Shown here: positions 19,429 to 30,254 of the stretch, piece by piece
How the letters are laid out: the number at the start of each line of letters is the position of its first letter
Numbering within the stretch: position 1 is the first letter of the stretch
Assembly (NCBI GenBank): GCA_963722385.1
Contig: CAVRKK010000002.1
Location: 224,001 to 288,000, forward strand
Source of the DNA: an uncultured bacterium
GTDB lineage: Bacteria; Babelota; Babeliae; Babelales; Babelaceae
Length of the DNA: 64,000 nucleotides
Direction of reading: 5' to 3'
Translations under genes and position numbers: made by a program
Notes under the pieces: generated by a model
The model's database searches: none
What the model saw: only the letters and a program-made list of their open reading frames with translations
Told to the model about the DNA's origin: nothing

Positions 19429-20004
19429 ATGATAAAGATAAATCAATTTTTAATTTTGCCTATTCTTGCGGCTGGCTTATCGAACGAGCCCCTCCAGGCT
19501 TTTTCCACGCGAATATGCAACAATACCAAACAACAAATAACGGTCAAACTTCATCCAAGCTTTGGCAATTGTCCGGCAGGTATTGAAGGCCCCTTTACCA
19601 TAAAACCCTCAAGCTCCACAGATTTCCCGTGGAACGATCCCCATTGGCACCCAAAAACCGGAACCTGCCTGCTTCAAAAAGCTGACAATTCTATTGAGGT
19701 TAATGGAGCAGCTCTCTCACGAGGCGATATCACGGTAAATCGTTCATATAACGAACATAGGGGAAGCGAAACCATCACAATCCAGTCAAAACCACATGGC
19801 GGTTTTACCGCAAGCTTATTCGGCCATACCCAAGATTGTGCGTCTCATACTCTTGGTTATGCAACCTGCGCTGACGGCACGACCAACTACATTGGCGTGA
19901 GCAGGAGCCCCTGCTGGAACTGTCGTGTTGCTCGCAGAATTTGTGACGGAGCTCATGGCGGCCTTAAGCCCGGCAGCTGGCCGTCAAATTGCGATGCATG
20001 CTAA
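19429..20004 (+). CDS. Secreted cysteine-rich hypothetical protein
   Basis: AGGAGG RBS, signal peptide (LQA|F), 10 Cys. Confidence 0.75.
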   Translation: MIKINQFLILPILAAGLSNEPLQAFSTRICNNTKQQITVKLHPSFGNCPAGIEGPFTIKPSSSTDFPWNDPHWHPKTGTCLLQKADNSIEVNGAALSRGDITVNRSYNEHRGSETITIQSKPHGGFTASLFGHTQDCASHTLGYATCADGTTNYIGVSRSPCWNCRVARRICDGAHGGLKPGSWPSNCDAC

Positions 20005-20048
20005 CGAACAAAAGGTAGGACCAGATAGCAGCTGCGCTCAGCACCATA

Positions 20049-20741
20049 CTATCTGGCCGATAAGTCTTTCAAGTATAAAGGCAACAGCTGCGGCGCTGTT
20101 TCATGGAGCGTCCAGCGACGCCATGCCTGAGCATATAAAGCCTTCATCGAGCAGAGATTGGGCACATTCTCAGGTATAATAATGCGGCAGCCAAATTGAT
20201 TAAGAAGCGCTGAACGGTGTAAAAGTACGCCATTACCGACACACGTAGCTAATGGCATTTCCGAAGCAGCAGTCATCTCTAGAAGATTTTCAAGAAGCTT
20301 GATAAATTCAAAAATAGACAGACAGCCGATCTCTACCGCTTGGTTATTATTGTTATACGCAGCAAAATAAACATCATTGCAGAAAGCGTTAAGCAGCACA
20401 ACAAGGTAAGGCGTGTTAACTTTTTCGCGCTGCTCTTCTACAAAAGCAGTTAATCCATCAACACCCACCAATGGCAGCCCTGTTGCGTAGGCAAGGCCAT
20501 TGAGCGTCGATAACGAAACGCGCAACGTGGTAAAGGGCGCCGGGCCGACGTGGCCCGCCAAAAAAGAACAGCAACTCAGCGAAAGACTATTACGGCTTAA
20601 AAGAAGGTCCGTTGCGATAAGAAGGTCGCGACTCGCTTGATGCTTGGGCACGCTATACGTGTCGACAATATTCTGCTCGTAAGCAAGCGCGAGGTCTACG
20701 TGAGTGTAGCCGCTATGGTATGCTAACCCTATATGGCTCAT
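20049..20741 (-). CDS. tsaB: tRNA threonylcarbamoyladenosine biosynthesis protein TsaB
   Basis: VGPAPFTTLRV..LNGLAYATGLPLVGV, VGNG, PLYLK. Confidence 0.8.
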   Translation of the reverse strand: MSHIGLAYHSGYTHVDLALAYEQNIVDTYSVPKHQASRDLLIATDLLLSRNSLSLSCCSFLAGHVGPAPFTTLRVSLSTLNGLAYATGLPLVGVDGLTAFVEEQREKVNTPYLVVLLNAFCNDVYFAAYNNNNQAVEIGCLSIFEFIKLLENLLEMTAASEMPLATCVGNGVLLHRSALLNQFGCRIIIPENVPNLCSMKALYAQAWRRWTLHETAPQLLPLYLKDLSAR

Positions 20742-20761
20742 GCAAGCATTTTTCTCCCATG

Positions 20762-20944
20762 CTAATGGTTGCGATTCTTATATTTTTGCTGCTGGTAAAA
20801 AAGGCTAAAGGCATCATACTCGATAGTCTTTTCCTTCTTGGCTATAATTTTACCACAATTTAAGCATTTCCACCCTTCAAAGTTAAGAAAGTGATCAAAA
20901 AAAGACTGTAGTACCATAAGCCCAGAGCACTTCGAGCATCGCAT
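20762..20944 (-). CDS. Small zinc-ribbon protein
   Basis: MRCSKCSGLM...WKCLNCG; GGGAG-like RBS. Confidence 0.8.
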   Translation of the reverse strand: MRCSKCSGLMVLQSFFDHFLNFEGWKCLNCGKIIAKKEKTIEYDAFSLFYQQQKYKNRNH

Positions 20945-21154
20945 ACATTCCCTCTCCCTTATCCATCCACCTCAGATCTCATAAGCCCATATTAAAAAGA
21001 AAATCTAAAAAACGCATTACCGGGTTGTCAACAAGAAAGTAGAGATAAGTATTGGCCAGAGGTATTAAAAGGCCAAGCAAGCAGTCCGCCTTGTTATTCA
21101 CCTGAGCAGGACGGCTACTTGCGCACAAAAAAACCGAGAAACCTTTTGTCATCG

Positions 21155-21583
21155 CTAAGAATGGTCGTTTTCTTGCGATTGCTGGTGCGATAAAAAGGTT
21201 AAATAAGAATCGAGAATAAAGGCAGCAGCGATCGAATGAGATTTTCGCTTTTCTTCGGGTGTCCGTATGCGACGAAGCGTCTCAGTTCTTTTACTACTTA
21301 AACGCTCATCCCACAAAAGGAACATAACGTGCGGAAAGCGGTGCTTTAGTGCTTCATATTCATTAAGCACATGCTGCGTCTGCTCGCTCACCGTCCCCCG
21401 CAGCGTTTTGGGATAGCCTATAACAATAGCTTCGATGCGCTCTTGCTCGATTATGCGCTCAAGAAAGATCTCAAGCTGTGGGCGCTCAACAGTAATATGC
21501 GGTTGGGCGATTATTTTGAGGCTATCAGAGAGCGCCGTACCCACCCAGCGCGCGCCCAGATCAAGCGCAAGAATCTTGCCCAT
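21155..21583 (-). CDS. ruvX: Holliday-junction-resolvase-like protein RuvX/YqgF (pre-16S rRNA nuclease)
   Basis: ILALDLG..VGTALSD, VIGYP, WDERLSS, AAAFILDSYL. Confidence 0.92.
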   Translation of the reverse strand: MGKILALDLGARWVGTALSDSLKIIAQPHITVERPQLEIFLERIIEQERIEAIVIGYPKTLRGTVSEQTQHVLNEYEALKHRFPHVMFLLWDERLSSKRTETLRRIRTPEEKRKSHSIAAAFILDSYLTFLSHQQSQENDHS

Positions 21584-21675
21584 GCAATCCTTTCCAAAAT
21601 CAACATAAATCTTTATACTGGAAAACAGTCTAACAACAATTCGGTTCTGTCGCCAGACAGCTTAAGGGAGCACTC

Positions 21676-23040
21676 ATGCCTTCATTCGACCTCAATCTGA
21701 TAGTGCAGCGCATTGATGAGTGGATGTGGGGATGGCCACTCCTTGGCTTTGTTATTGTCGTTGGGGTAGTTTTAACAGGAGCATTGCGGTTTGTACAGTT
21801 TCGCTATTTTTTTTCCTCATGGCGGTACGTTATCCGGCCTGAATCAGGTGGTAAACGAAGTGAAAATTACATCACGCCTTTCCAAGCATTTTTAAACACG
21901 CTCAGCTCAAGCATCGGTAATGGCAGCGCAGCAGGTATGTCAACCGCCGTTGTCGGTGGTGGCCCTGGCGCAGCCTTTTGGATATTTGTGCTTGGTTTCT
22001 TGTACATGGCTATTCGTTATGCGGAAGTTTACGCAAGCATGGAATTCCAAGAAACGACGCCAGCAGGCGTAACCCGCGGCGGTCCCATGGTCTATCTCAA
22101 ACGGGTGCCCGGCGGCGCTATTCTTGCGTATTTATATGCATTTTTTTGCTTGTCATTAGCCTTTGTCACGGGAAACGCAATCCAATGCAATTCGATTACC
22201 TTGGGCATCCAGCGATTGACCGGTATCAATCCAATTTTTATAGCAATTACTCTCTTTGGATTACTGCTCTATATCATGTTTGGCGGCGCAACACGGATCA
22301 TTAAAGTCTCTGAAAGAATCGTACCGATCAAGGTTGGCTTGTTTTTTGTAGCTACGCTTATTGTTCTTGTCTACCATTATCAAGCTCTCTTGCCTACGCT
22401 CAAGCTCATGCTTGCCTACGCATTAACGCCCAAGGCAATGGCGGGCGGCCTGATCGGCTTTTCGGTCCAACAAGCAATTCGCTTCGGTATGTCACGGTCG
22501 CTGAATGCAACAGAAGCAGGCCTTGGCACTGCCGCTATCTTGTATGGCGCAACTCGTGGGACACACCCGGTGGAAAACAGCCTTATGTCCATGGTATCGG
22601 CATTCATCACGAGCTATCTTGTTTGCTTCACGCTCATGGTTGTGCTGGTAGCCTCTGGCGTCTGGAACAGTGGGCTGGTAAGTACGCAGCTTACAATGGC
22701 TGCTTATGAAACAGTTTTTGGCACCTTTGGCGGCGTCGTGGTTGCCTTCTTGACCATCAGTTTCGGCCTCGGCGTATTGGTCGCCTATGCTTACATCGGT
22801 CGTGAATGCTGGCTTTACCTAACAAAAGGCCGCTTTCTTTTAGCCTATACGCTCATTTATTGCTTAATGGCGTTCTGGGGCTCTCTATCAAAGGTTGATC
22901 TTGTGTGGAACGCTACAGCGATCATCAATGCAGGACTCGTAGCGGTTAACCTGTTTGGCCTGCTCTGTTTGACGCCGAGCATACGAAAAGGCCTGTTTGC
23001 CTGGGAAAAAAGTCGTGCTCACGGCAAAAGCGACGCTTAA
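21676..23040 (+). CDS. Alanine/glycine:cation symporter (AGCS family)
   Basis: TPFQA..SSSIGNG, GGPGAAFW, GGPMVYL, EAGLGTA. Confidence 0.92.
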   Translation: MPSFDLNLIVQRIDEWMWGWPLLGFVIVVGVVLTGALRFVQFRYFFSSWRYVIRPESGGKRSENYITPFQAFLNTLSSSIGNGSAAGMSTAVVGGGPGAAFWIFVLGFLYMAIRYAEVYASMEFQETTPAGVTRGGPMVYLKRVPGGAILAYLYAFFCLSLAFVTGNAIQCNSITLGIQRLTGINPIFIAITLFGLLLYIMFGGATRIIKVSERIVPIKVGLFFVATLIVLVYHYQALLPTLKLMLAYALTPKAMAGGLIGFSVQQAIRFGMSRSLNATEAGLGTAAILYGATRGTHPVENSLMSMVSAFITSYLVCFTLMVVLVASGVWNSGLVSTQLTMAAYETVFGTFGGVVVAFLTISFGLGVLVAYAYIGRECWLYLTKGRFLLAYTLIYCLMAFWGSLSKVDLVWNATAIINAGLVAVNLFGLLCLTPSIRKGLFAWEKSRAHGKSDA

Positions 23041-25181
23041 TTGCCACCAAGCGCCTGCACAATGTGGTCAACGGCAATAATGCCTCCTGCTGGTTCCTGC
23101 GCATACAGCGCCGGCAAATGGGGCAGGGACAAGCGCCGGCTTTTGTTCTGAATGAGCCCCTTAGCAAGGTCAGGCGGTGGCGGATTTTGATTATCCCATA
23201 CCATGGTGTACGTTGCATGATCATGTGTCAGCCGCACCCCATTAACAAGCTGAGCTGGCGTTGGCACACCATTAAACAGAATTACATCGGTAAACGTGTC
23301 AGACTTTACCGACGGCTTAAGATCGTTGGCACAGGTAAGTTTTTTAATAATAACAAGCTTTGAGACACCCAATCCAACACAGGGAAAGAAGCAGTCGATA
23401 ATCTCCGAAAGCGTATGCTGAGGCGCTTGTAGCTCAGCAATTACATGGGCTGCCTTGCCAGGAATATATGAAACGACTAAGGGGAAAGGCGCCATGTGCT
23501 CAACAATCAGAGCAGGTATTTCGTGTGAACTCAAGAGAAGAATCTCTTTTTCAGGTTCCAAGGTTATTGGCTTGTTGGCTGATGTGCTTTCCAGGCGAAG
23601 AAAAGCATCAGTACCATCGATAACATCAAATGATAGCGCACGCGGCAAGCGTATTGAACTCAGATTATTGACTTCACTCGCTAGAAATGGCCTTTTTGCG
23701 CCAGGAGCATGGTTTCGATGCGCTGGGTTAACGCTCTGCAAGAGCTCATGAATTAAAGAAGCACTTGGCTTCTTAATCCGTGCTTTGGCGAAAAAAAGAG
23801 GAAAATCATAGAGCGTATCAAGCCTCAATGTGCGCTTTTCCCAATCAATTAATTGATCAAGCGATGCTCTTTTGACCGAACGGCAATCTAACCGAAGCAC
23901 AGGCGTGGCATTGAACGCTGGTGCTTCGACAAGCGTATCGGCCAAAACCGTGTACGAAAGGTCAAGGTGCTCAAAAGCCTTGATAAATTGCATGCCACCA
24001 GCCGAGCAGCTTGAGTAATGCACGAGACCCGTATTGAGAGACTCATCGAGGTAAAGAAGAAATCGTCTAAATTGATCAAGACTTAAGCCAACAATACGGT
24101 TTGCCTTCTCAAGCTCTTCTTCGTGTTTGAGGCAGGACCTGAGTGACCTTTTGGAGGCCTCATAAGCAGCTTGTTTCTTTTCACGTTTGAGTTGCTCAAC
24201 TCTTTTAGTGAGCGTCTTCACTTTTCGCCGCACGGGCCCAAGCAACGCATAAGCCTCATCGGAATAAGTCCCATGCCCCATAACATAAAAAGCCCAACGA
24301 TTTCTTAAGTTTTCGGGTATTTCTTTATTATCAATGAAAAGCAGCGGCAATGTCTTAAGAAGTGCCTCTTGATACCTACTCGCAACATCTGGCATGAGGT
24401 GCCTGATGCGAAGAGGCTCCGTTAAATCGTTAAAATGGTCTACTTTAAGTCCTAATGCAATTTCACGCGATGACAAGCCAGGTATATGCGGCGTATTATG
24501 AGCATGCTGTAGGGAGCTCTTAGGTAGAAAGAGGTAAAATGGAAGCTGAGAATCAACTGCTACTTCTTTAATCTGGTACTTATCAAGAGGTACATATGAA
24601 CTTAAAAGATAAAGCGACAGCTCAAACCATGGCCGAGAAGGCGCTCGCCTGATACTGGTCGGTGCATGAGCAGGGTCAAAGATAGGGTTTTCCGTCAGCA
24701 GTTGCTTTATTTTGTCGTGCGAGGCACCATCTGCCAGGGACTCAGTTATGGCAAGGTATCGCTCTTTTATAAGGCGGCATTGCTCCTGGAATATTTTAAG
24801 GTCACGCTTAGTCCTAAAGCGGTTATGGGCACCATACTTCTGGTAAAGGTATGAGATATCGCCGGCCTGCGTTACGTCGTCAAACAGGTTTTTATGCTCA
24901 AGAATGACGTTCCATAAATGGGCGGGAACCAGAACAGGAACCTCCTGATATAGTGCGGTGAGCAAGAGATTTGACACGGCGCCAAGGCCTATGGGCTTCA
25001 TAAGGTCATGTGCCTCCTGGTCCAACGTCAAGGCAATGTTTTCGTTGTCACCATATTCTGAGAGAATCAAGAGCTCTTGGGTACTTCCCACAAAAGCGCC
25101 TACCGGTATATTTTGTGCCAAAAATATACCAAGCAGCAAGATAGCACGTGTTTTTGTAAGCATATTTCGGTAATCTATCAT
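23037..25181 (-). CDS. Large secreted hypothetical protein
   Basis: 714 aa, signal peptide; YVMGHG and YSSCSAGG motifs. Confidence 0.7.
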   Translation of the reverse strand: MIDYRNMLTKTRAILLLGIFLAQNIPVGAFVGSTQELLILSEYGDNENIALTLDQEAHDLMKPIGLGAVSNLLLTALYQEVPVLVPAHLWNVILEHKNLFDDVTQAGDISYLYQKYGAHNRFRTKRDLKIFQEQCRLIKERYLAITESLADGASHDKIKQLLTENPIFDPAHAPTSIRRAPSRPWFELSLYLLSSYVPLDKYQIKEVAVDSQLPFYLFLPKSSLQHAHNTPHIPGLSSREIALGLKVDHFNDLTEPLRIRHLMPDVASRYQEALLKTLPLLFIDNKEIPENLRNRWAFYVMGHGTYSDEAYALLGPVRRKVKTLTKRVEQLKREKKQAAYEASKRSLRSCLKHEEELEKANRIVGLSLDQFRRFLLYLDESLNTGLVHYSSCSAGGMQFIKAFEHLDLSYTVLADTLVEAPAFNATPVLRLDCRSVKRASLDQLIDWEKRTLRLDTLYDFPLFFAKARIKKPSASLIHELLQSVNPAHRNHAPGAKRPFLASEVNNLSSIRLPRALSFDVIDGTDAFLRLESTSANKPITLEPEKEILLLSSHEIPALIVEHMAPFPLVVSYIPGKAAHVIAELQAPQHTLSEIIDCFFPCVGLGVSKLVIIKKLTCANDLKPSVKSDTFTDVILFNGVPTPAQLVNGVRLTHDHATYTMVWDNQNPPPPDLAKGLIQNKSRRLSLPHLPALYAQEPAGGIIAVDHIVQALGGN

Positions 25182-25304
25182 GTGAGTATTTTCTCGCCTG
25201 AGTGTTTTAAATGGCTAACTAGAAATAATTTAAAATTAATTACATATTGATTATTATACCTGAAATATAATTTTTGAAAAGTTTTTTGCCGAAACGGTTA
25301 CCCG

Positions 25305-26735
25305 ATGAACAACAAAATTGAGCTGCCCCGTATTTTCCCGGTCGCCTGCCATACGGATAACATTGGACCAGGTAGCATTTTTGTGGCGGTCAAAGGCATG
25401 AAGGAAAATGGGGTAGCGTACTTGCCTAAAGCGCTGGAGCGAGGCGCGCGTACATTTGTTGTCCCGCAGGACGCGCAGATTGATCAACATATTCTTGGGC
25501 AGATTTATGCACAAGGAGGCCGCATTTTATCGGTCGCCGACACACGTCATGCGCTGGCCGAGCTCAGTGCATTAATGCTCGGCAAACCTGCTTCCAAGCT
25601 AAAAATAATAGCCATAACGGGTACCAAGGGAAAAACGACGACGGCATTTTTGCTGGAGCATCTCCTCAAGAATACTGGGTATAAGGTAGCGCTCTTAAGC
25701 AGCGTCGAAAACCGTATTTTTCTCAAGAACTTCCCGGCCCATTTAACAACGCATCACCCCGACTATCTTCATGCTTTTTTCGATCTTTGCGTGCGCGCAG
25801 GTGTTGAATGGGTGGTGATGGAGGTTGCCGCGCAGGCGGTTAGCTTAAAGCGGGTCGCTGGCCTCGCATTTGATGCAGTTATTTTTACTAATTTCAGCAA
25901 AGAGCATGGTGAATTTTATACGAGTATTGATGATTATTTTGCCGCAAAAAAGTCTTTACTCGGGCAGGTTAACCCTGACGGGCTTGTCCTGCTTAACCGT
26001 GACGACGCGGATGTAGCGTCGCTTTCCCAGAGCTTTTGCCGGACCAAGCTTTTTACCCTCGAGTCACCTTCAGCCGATCTTACCGCATCATTAATCAAAA
26101 GCGATATTATGGGTCTTCAAGGAAACCTAACACTCAATGATGAAGAAGCATACCTGCAGGTGCCCAACCTCATGGGGAAATATAATCTGTATAACATTGC
26201 GGCTGCAACTTTGTGCGCATCGGCACTTGGTATCGATATGTGCTCAATCAAGCAGGCATTAGCCTATTTTCCTGGGGTGCCAGGGCGCTTAAATAGATAT
26301 AACTTGCCCAATGGCGCGTACGCCTTTATTGATCAAGCGCCCAATCCCGTCTCATTTGAGGCAACGTTGAGCACCCTAAGTAATTTGACCTCGCACTTAA
26401 TAGTTGTTTTCGGTGCAGGTGGTGACCGTGACCCATCCCGACGGCCGCTCATGGGCGCTGTTGCCGCGAAATATGGGGATGTGCTCGTGCTAACTACCGA
26501 TAACCCTCGCTCAGAAGATCCAGCGACTATCATCGAGCAGATTTGCCAAGGAATACCAGCCAGTTGTGAGTATACCATTGAGCTTGATCGCGAAAAGGCA
26601 ATTCGCTTTGCCTATCAACAATCAAGCGCGCAGAGTATTATTGCGCTCCTGGGTAAAGGCCCGGAGCGATATCAGATTGTTAAAGGGGTCAAAATTCCGT
26701 TCAGTGAGCCGACAATACTTGAAAGTCTGAAGTAA
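25305..26735 (+). CDS. murE: UDP-N-acetylmuramoyl-tripeptide ligase MurE
   Basis: ITGTKGKTTT, VPGR, FGAGGDRD..RRPLMG, DNPRSEDP, GKG. Confidence 0.9.
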   Translation: MNNKIELPRIFPVACHTDNIGPGSIFVAVKGMKENGVAYLPKALERGARTFVVPQDAQIDQHILGQIYAQGGRILSVADTRHALAELSALMLGKPASKLKIIAITGTKGKTTTAFLLEHLLKNTGYKVALLSSVENRIFLKNFPAHLTTHHPDYLHAFFDLCVRAGVEWVVMEVAAQAVSLKRVAGLAFDAVIFTNFSKEHGEFYTSIDDYFAAKKSLLGQVNPDGLVLLNRDDADVASLSQSFCRTKLFTLESPSADLTASLIKSDIMGLQGNLTLNDEEAYLQVPNLMGKYNLYNIAAATLCASALGIDMCSIKQALAYFPGVPGRLNRYNLPNGAYAFIDQAPNPVSFEATLSTLSNLTSHLIVVFGAGGDRDPSRRPLMGAVAAKYGDVLVLTTDNPRSEDPATIIEQICQGIPASCEYTIELDREKAIRFAYQQSSAQSIIALLGKGPERYQIVKGVKIPFSEPTILESLK

Positions 26736-26873
26736 ACTTGCAAAAGAATTTGCTTGATTAAGAATAACGCAGATGCCATCATAAAGGGGCAAAATACATT
26801 TATTGGTTGCAAAATCACGCATTTTAATGATATACTTAATTCTGTCAAGAAAATCTAAAACAATAGGAAGTAC

Positions 26874-27101
26874 ATGGCATCATCAATTAAGTTATCAGAA
26901 AGTATCATGTCGGACGCAAAAATTATGGCCAAGGTTTACAACCGCTCAGTAGCCGGCCAAATAGAATATTGGGCCAAAATAGGCAAAATTGTTGAAGACA
27001 ATCCCGAGTTAACATACGAATTTATTAAAGATATACTCATCGCACAAAATGAGGCACTCATGGGGAAGCGTGAACCATATATCTTTAACCAGAGAAAATA
27101 A
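26874..27101 (+). CDS. ParD-like antitoxin
   Basis: SIKLS..AK..NRSVAGQIEYWAKIGKIVEDNPEL. Confidence 0.85.
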   Translation: MASSIKLSESIMSDAKIMAKVYNRSVAGQIEYWAKIGKIVEDNPELTYEFIKDILIAQNEALMGKREPYIFNQRK

Positions 27102-27376
27102 TGCACATTTTGCAAACGCCAACCTTCGCTAAGAAAGCAAAAAAGTTACATGAGAACCAAAAATTAGCACTTGATCAAGCAGTTTCAGAAATTTTGAGCG
27201 ATCCTGAGATCGGAGATGCGAAAAAAGGCGATTTGGGCAATATTCGAGTATATAAATTTACGATGCTTCATCAGCTCATTCTTTTGGCGTATGAATTTGA
27301 TGACGATGAGCAGATGGTAACGCTCTTAAGCTTCGGCCCTCATGAAAATTTTTATCGTGATTTAAAAAGTAAATAA
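27101..27376 (+). CDS. RelE/ParE-family toxin
   Basis: QTPTFAKKAKKL, IGDAKKGDL..IRVYKF, FGPHENFYRDLK; TAATG coupling to the antitoxin. Confidence 0.88.
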   Translation: MHILQTPTFAKKAKKLHENQKLALDQAVSEILSDPEIGDAKKGDLGNIRVYKFTMLHQLILLAYEFDDDEQMVTLLSFGPHENFYRDLKSK

Positions 27377-27410
27377 GGCCCGGCGTTATAAGAAAATGAG
27401 CAGCTCTTTT

Positions 27411-28067
27411 TTACGCTGCTAAGCGATTGAGCTCTTGCAAAGCTTTGGCAGGATTGGGCGCATCAAAAATTGCTGAGGCAACCGTGAGGTCATTGGCGCC
27501 TTTTTTTACGAGTTCCTTAATAGTAGCATCATTAACGCCACCATCTATGCCAATAGAAAACTTTAACGAATGTTCTTCACGCAGAACGTAAAGCGTATCT
27601 AAGCGCTCATAAGTACTTGGTAAAAGCACTTGACCCCACATGCCTGGCTCAACCCCCATAAGCACAACCTGGTCGATATAATGCATAAAGTGCTTGACCA
27701 CTTCGAGGGGCGTTTTAGGATTGAGCGATAAACTAGCCTTTAATTTTCTTTCTTGTAAAGCATGGAATATACGCGTCAAATGATTATTTGACATATTTTC
27801 ATAATGTATCGTGACAATATCGTGTTCATGAAGAGCGAGATGGTCTAAGTATTTCTCAGGCTCTTCAACCAGTAAATGCACCCAAAGTGGCTTATGAGCA
27901 ACTTTCCTGATTGCGTCAATAAACCCTGGGCCCCAGGTCAAGTGCGGGGCGAAGCGAAAATCCATGACCTCGAGGTGAAAACCTGCGCAATGCGGTTCAA
28001 GCACTTCAATAGCGTGCGCTAAATTGACTAAGTCGGCAGAAATAAGTGATGGGAAGATTTTAGCCAT
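27411..28067 (-). CDS. rpe: Ribulose-phosphate 3-epimerase (divergent)
   Basis: PSLISAD, HLEVMD, VHLLV, LNPKTP, VEPG..GQ, IDGGV. Confidence 0.85.
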   Translation of the reverse strand: MAKIFPSLISADLVNLAHAIEVLEPHCAGFHLEVMDFRFAPHLTWGPGFIDAIRKVAHKPLWVHLLVEEPEKYLDHLALHEHDIVTIHYENMSNNHLTRIFHALQERKLKASLSLNPKTPLEVVKHFMHYIDQVVLMGVEPGMWGQVLLPSTYERLDTLYVLREEHSLKFSIGIDGGVNDATIKELVKKGANDLTVASAIFDAPNPAKALQELNRLAA

Positions 28068-28269
28068 GATGCGGGCCCTCATTTTTTACGGATTTATACC
28101 TAATCTACCTGAATTACGGGTGTTGAGTGAAGAATCGAAAAAAAGTTGAGTCTTGCTCTATAAAAAATTGCACTTTTTAGGCATTCAAGTATATTAAAGG
28201 TGATGCGCCAATTAGCGCACTTCTTTTTTAGGTAAAACAACAATAATTTTTCTATTTGTGGGAGGACTT

Positions 28270-28560
28270 ATGTTTGAAAAATTCCGTCCACTCTACGACA
28301 GGGTACTGATTGAGCGTATCGAGACAGAAAATGAAAAAAGCGCTGGAGGGATTATCATCCCCGATGCTGCTAAAGAAAAAGCTCAAACAGGTAGGGTAAA
28401 AGCTGTCGGCTCAGGGCGGGTAACACCTGAAGGCAAGACAATACCTTGCCAGGTTCAGGTCGGTGATATGGTATTTTTTGGCAAATATGCAGGTACCGAA
28501 GCCGGTCACGACCTTTTGATTATTCGCGAAGATGAAATTCTTGGTGTTTTTGGCAAGTAA
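28270..28560 (+). CDS. groES: Co-chaperonin GroES
   Basis: PLYDRVL, GGIIIPDAAKEK, GKYAGTE; GGAGG RBS. Confidence 0.97.
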   Translation: MFEKFRPLYDRVLIERIETENEKSAGGIIIPDAAKEKAQTGRVKAVGSGRVTPEGKTIPCQVQVGDMVFFGKYAGTEAGHDLLIIREDEILGVFGK

Positions 28561-28583
28561 ATTCTATATAAGGATAAAAACAC

Positions 28584-30221
28584 ATGGCTAGTAAAAAGAT
28601 ATTATTCGGGCTTGAAGCTCGTCAAAAGCTGGGTGTTGGTGTTGACACGCTCGCAAACGCGGTAAAGGCAACGCTTGGACCGCGGGGACGTAATGTTGCT
28701 TTTGAAAGCAAGTTTGGCTCACCAAAAGTAACGAAGGATGGCGTGACGGTTGCCAAAGAGATTGAGCTTGCTGATCCTATTGAGAACATGGGGTCTCAGA
28801 TGGTACGTGAAGTTGCCAGTAAAACTGCCGACGTTGCGGGGGATGGAACAACGACCGCTACGGTATTTGCGCAAGCTATTTTCCGTGAGGGAAACAAGTA
28901 TGTGACCTCAGGCGCCAATCCTATGGACCTAAAACGCGGCATCGAAAAAGCAGTGAATGCTGCGGTCAATGATATTAAAGGGCGTGCCAAGAAGATTAGT
29001 GATAAAAAAGAGATTGAGCAAATCGCCACAATTTCGGCTAATTGGGACACTTTTATTGGCGAGCAAATTGCTCAAGCAATGGAGCGTGTTGGTCGTGACG
29101 GCGTTATCACGGTAGAAGAGGCAAAAGGGACGGAAAGTGAGCTCGACGTTGTTGAGGGAATGCAGTTCGATCGCGGCTATCTTTCACCATACTTTGTTAC
29201 CGACTCGGAAAAGATGGAAGCTGTCTTGAGCGAGCCGTACATTCTTATTTACGAAAAGAAAATCTCCAGCATGAAGAGCTTATTGCCTATTCTGGAGCAG
29301 GTTGCCAAAGCGGGGCGGCCTCTTTTAATTATTGCTGAAGATGTTGAAGGCGAGGCACTTGCTACGCTCGTTGTCAACAAATTACGTGGCATACTCAATG
29401 TGATTGCTGTCAAGGCGCCGGGGTTTGGCGATCGTCGCAAAGCTATGCTTGAGGACATTGCTATCCTGACCGGTGGCAAGATGATTTCCGAAGAGCTCGG
29501 CATTAAGCTTGATAATATCGGCGTTCAAGACCTTGGTCGTGCCAAGAAGGTACTTGTTACCAAGGACAATTGTACGGTTATCGACGGTTATGGTACCGAG
29601 TCTGCTATCAAGGGCCGTGTTCTGCAAATAAAGGCACAGATCGAAAATACGACATCTGATTACGATAAAGAAAAGCTCCAGGAGCGTTTAGCAAAGATTG
29701 CTGGCGGTATTGCGGTGATTAAGGTTGGCGCAACCACCGAGACAGAGATGAAAGAAAAGAAGGACCGCATAGACGACGCGTTGAGTGCTACGCGTGCCGC
29801 GATTGAAGAGGGCATCATTCCAGGTGGTGGCGTTGCTCCATTGCGCGCACAGGCCGCTGTTCAGGCGCTTAATTTAACCAAGGATGAAAAGCTTGGTGCT
29901 GATATCGTATATCGAGCACTTGAGGAGCCGATTCGTATTATTTCCTCAAATGCCGGTTTTGAAGCATCTGTAATCGTTGATGCTGTGCGTAAAGGTTCTG
30001 GCAATTACGGCTTTGACGCGAAGACAGGCGAGTACGTTGACATGGTCGCAGCAGGCATTATAGATCCTGCGAAAGTAGTGCGCAGCGCATTGCAAAATGC
30101 TGCCTCGATAGCCGGGCTTATGCTCACCACCGAGGTTGCGATTGCCGAGATACCAGAAGAGAAGAAGGCCGAAGCTGGCCATGGCCATGGGCCACGTGGC
30201 GGCATGCCGGACATGTACTAA
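28584..30221 (+). CDS. groEL: Chaperonin GroEL
   Basis: [39 protein letters not shown]. Confidence 0.99.
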   Translation: MASKKILFGLEARQKLGVGVDTLANAVKATLGPRGRNVAFESKFGSPKVTKDGVTVAKEIELADPIENMGSQMVREVASKTADVAGDGTTTATVFAQAIFREGNKYVTSGANPMDLKRGIEKAVNAAVNDIKGRAKKISDKKEIEQIATISANWDTFIGEQIAQAMERVGRDGVITVEEAKGTESELDVVEGMQFDRGYLSPYFVTDSEKMEAVLSEPYILIYEKKISSMKSLLPILEQVAKAGRPLLIIAEDVEGEALATLVVNKLRGILNVIAVKAPGFGDRRKAMLEDIAILTGGKMISEELGIKLDNIGVQDLGRAKKVLVTKDNCTVIDGYGTESAIKGRVLQIKAQIENTTSDYDKEKLQERLAKIAGGIAVIKVGATTETEMKEKKDRIDDALSATRAAIEEGIIPGGGVAPLRAQAAVQALNLTKDEKLGADIVYRALEEPIRIISSNAGFEASVIVDAVRKGSGNYGFDAKTGEYVDMVAAGIIDPAKVVRSALQNAASIAGLMLTTEVAIAEIPEEKKAEAGHGHGPRGGMPDMY

Positions 30222-30254
30222 GCAGTACATAGAATAAATAGACTAGAATAGAAT

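Noticed and set aside
21077..21122. Imperfect hairpin as SRP RNA or riboswitch
   Set aside because: Lacks the SRP helix-8 motif and any aptamer consensus I recognise; probably a terminator or stabiliser after ruvX.
28083..28269. CIRCE operator upstream of groES
   Set aside because: No TTAGCACTC-N9-GAGTGCTAA; only a weak tgcgc..gcgca stem.
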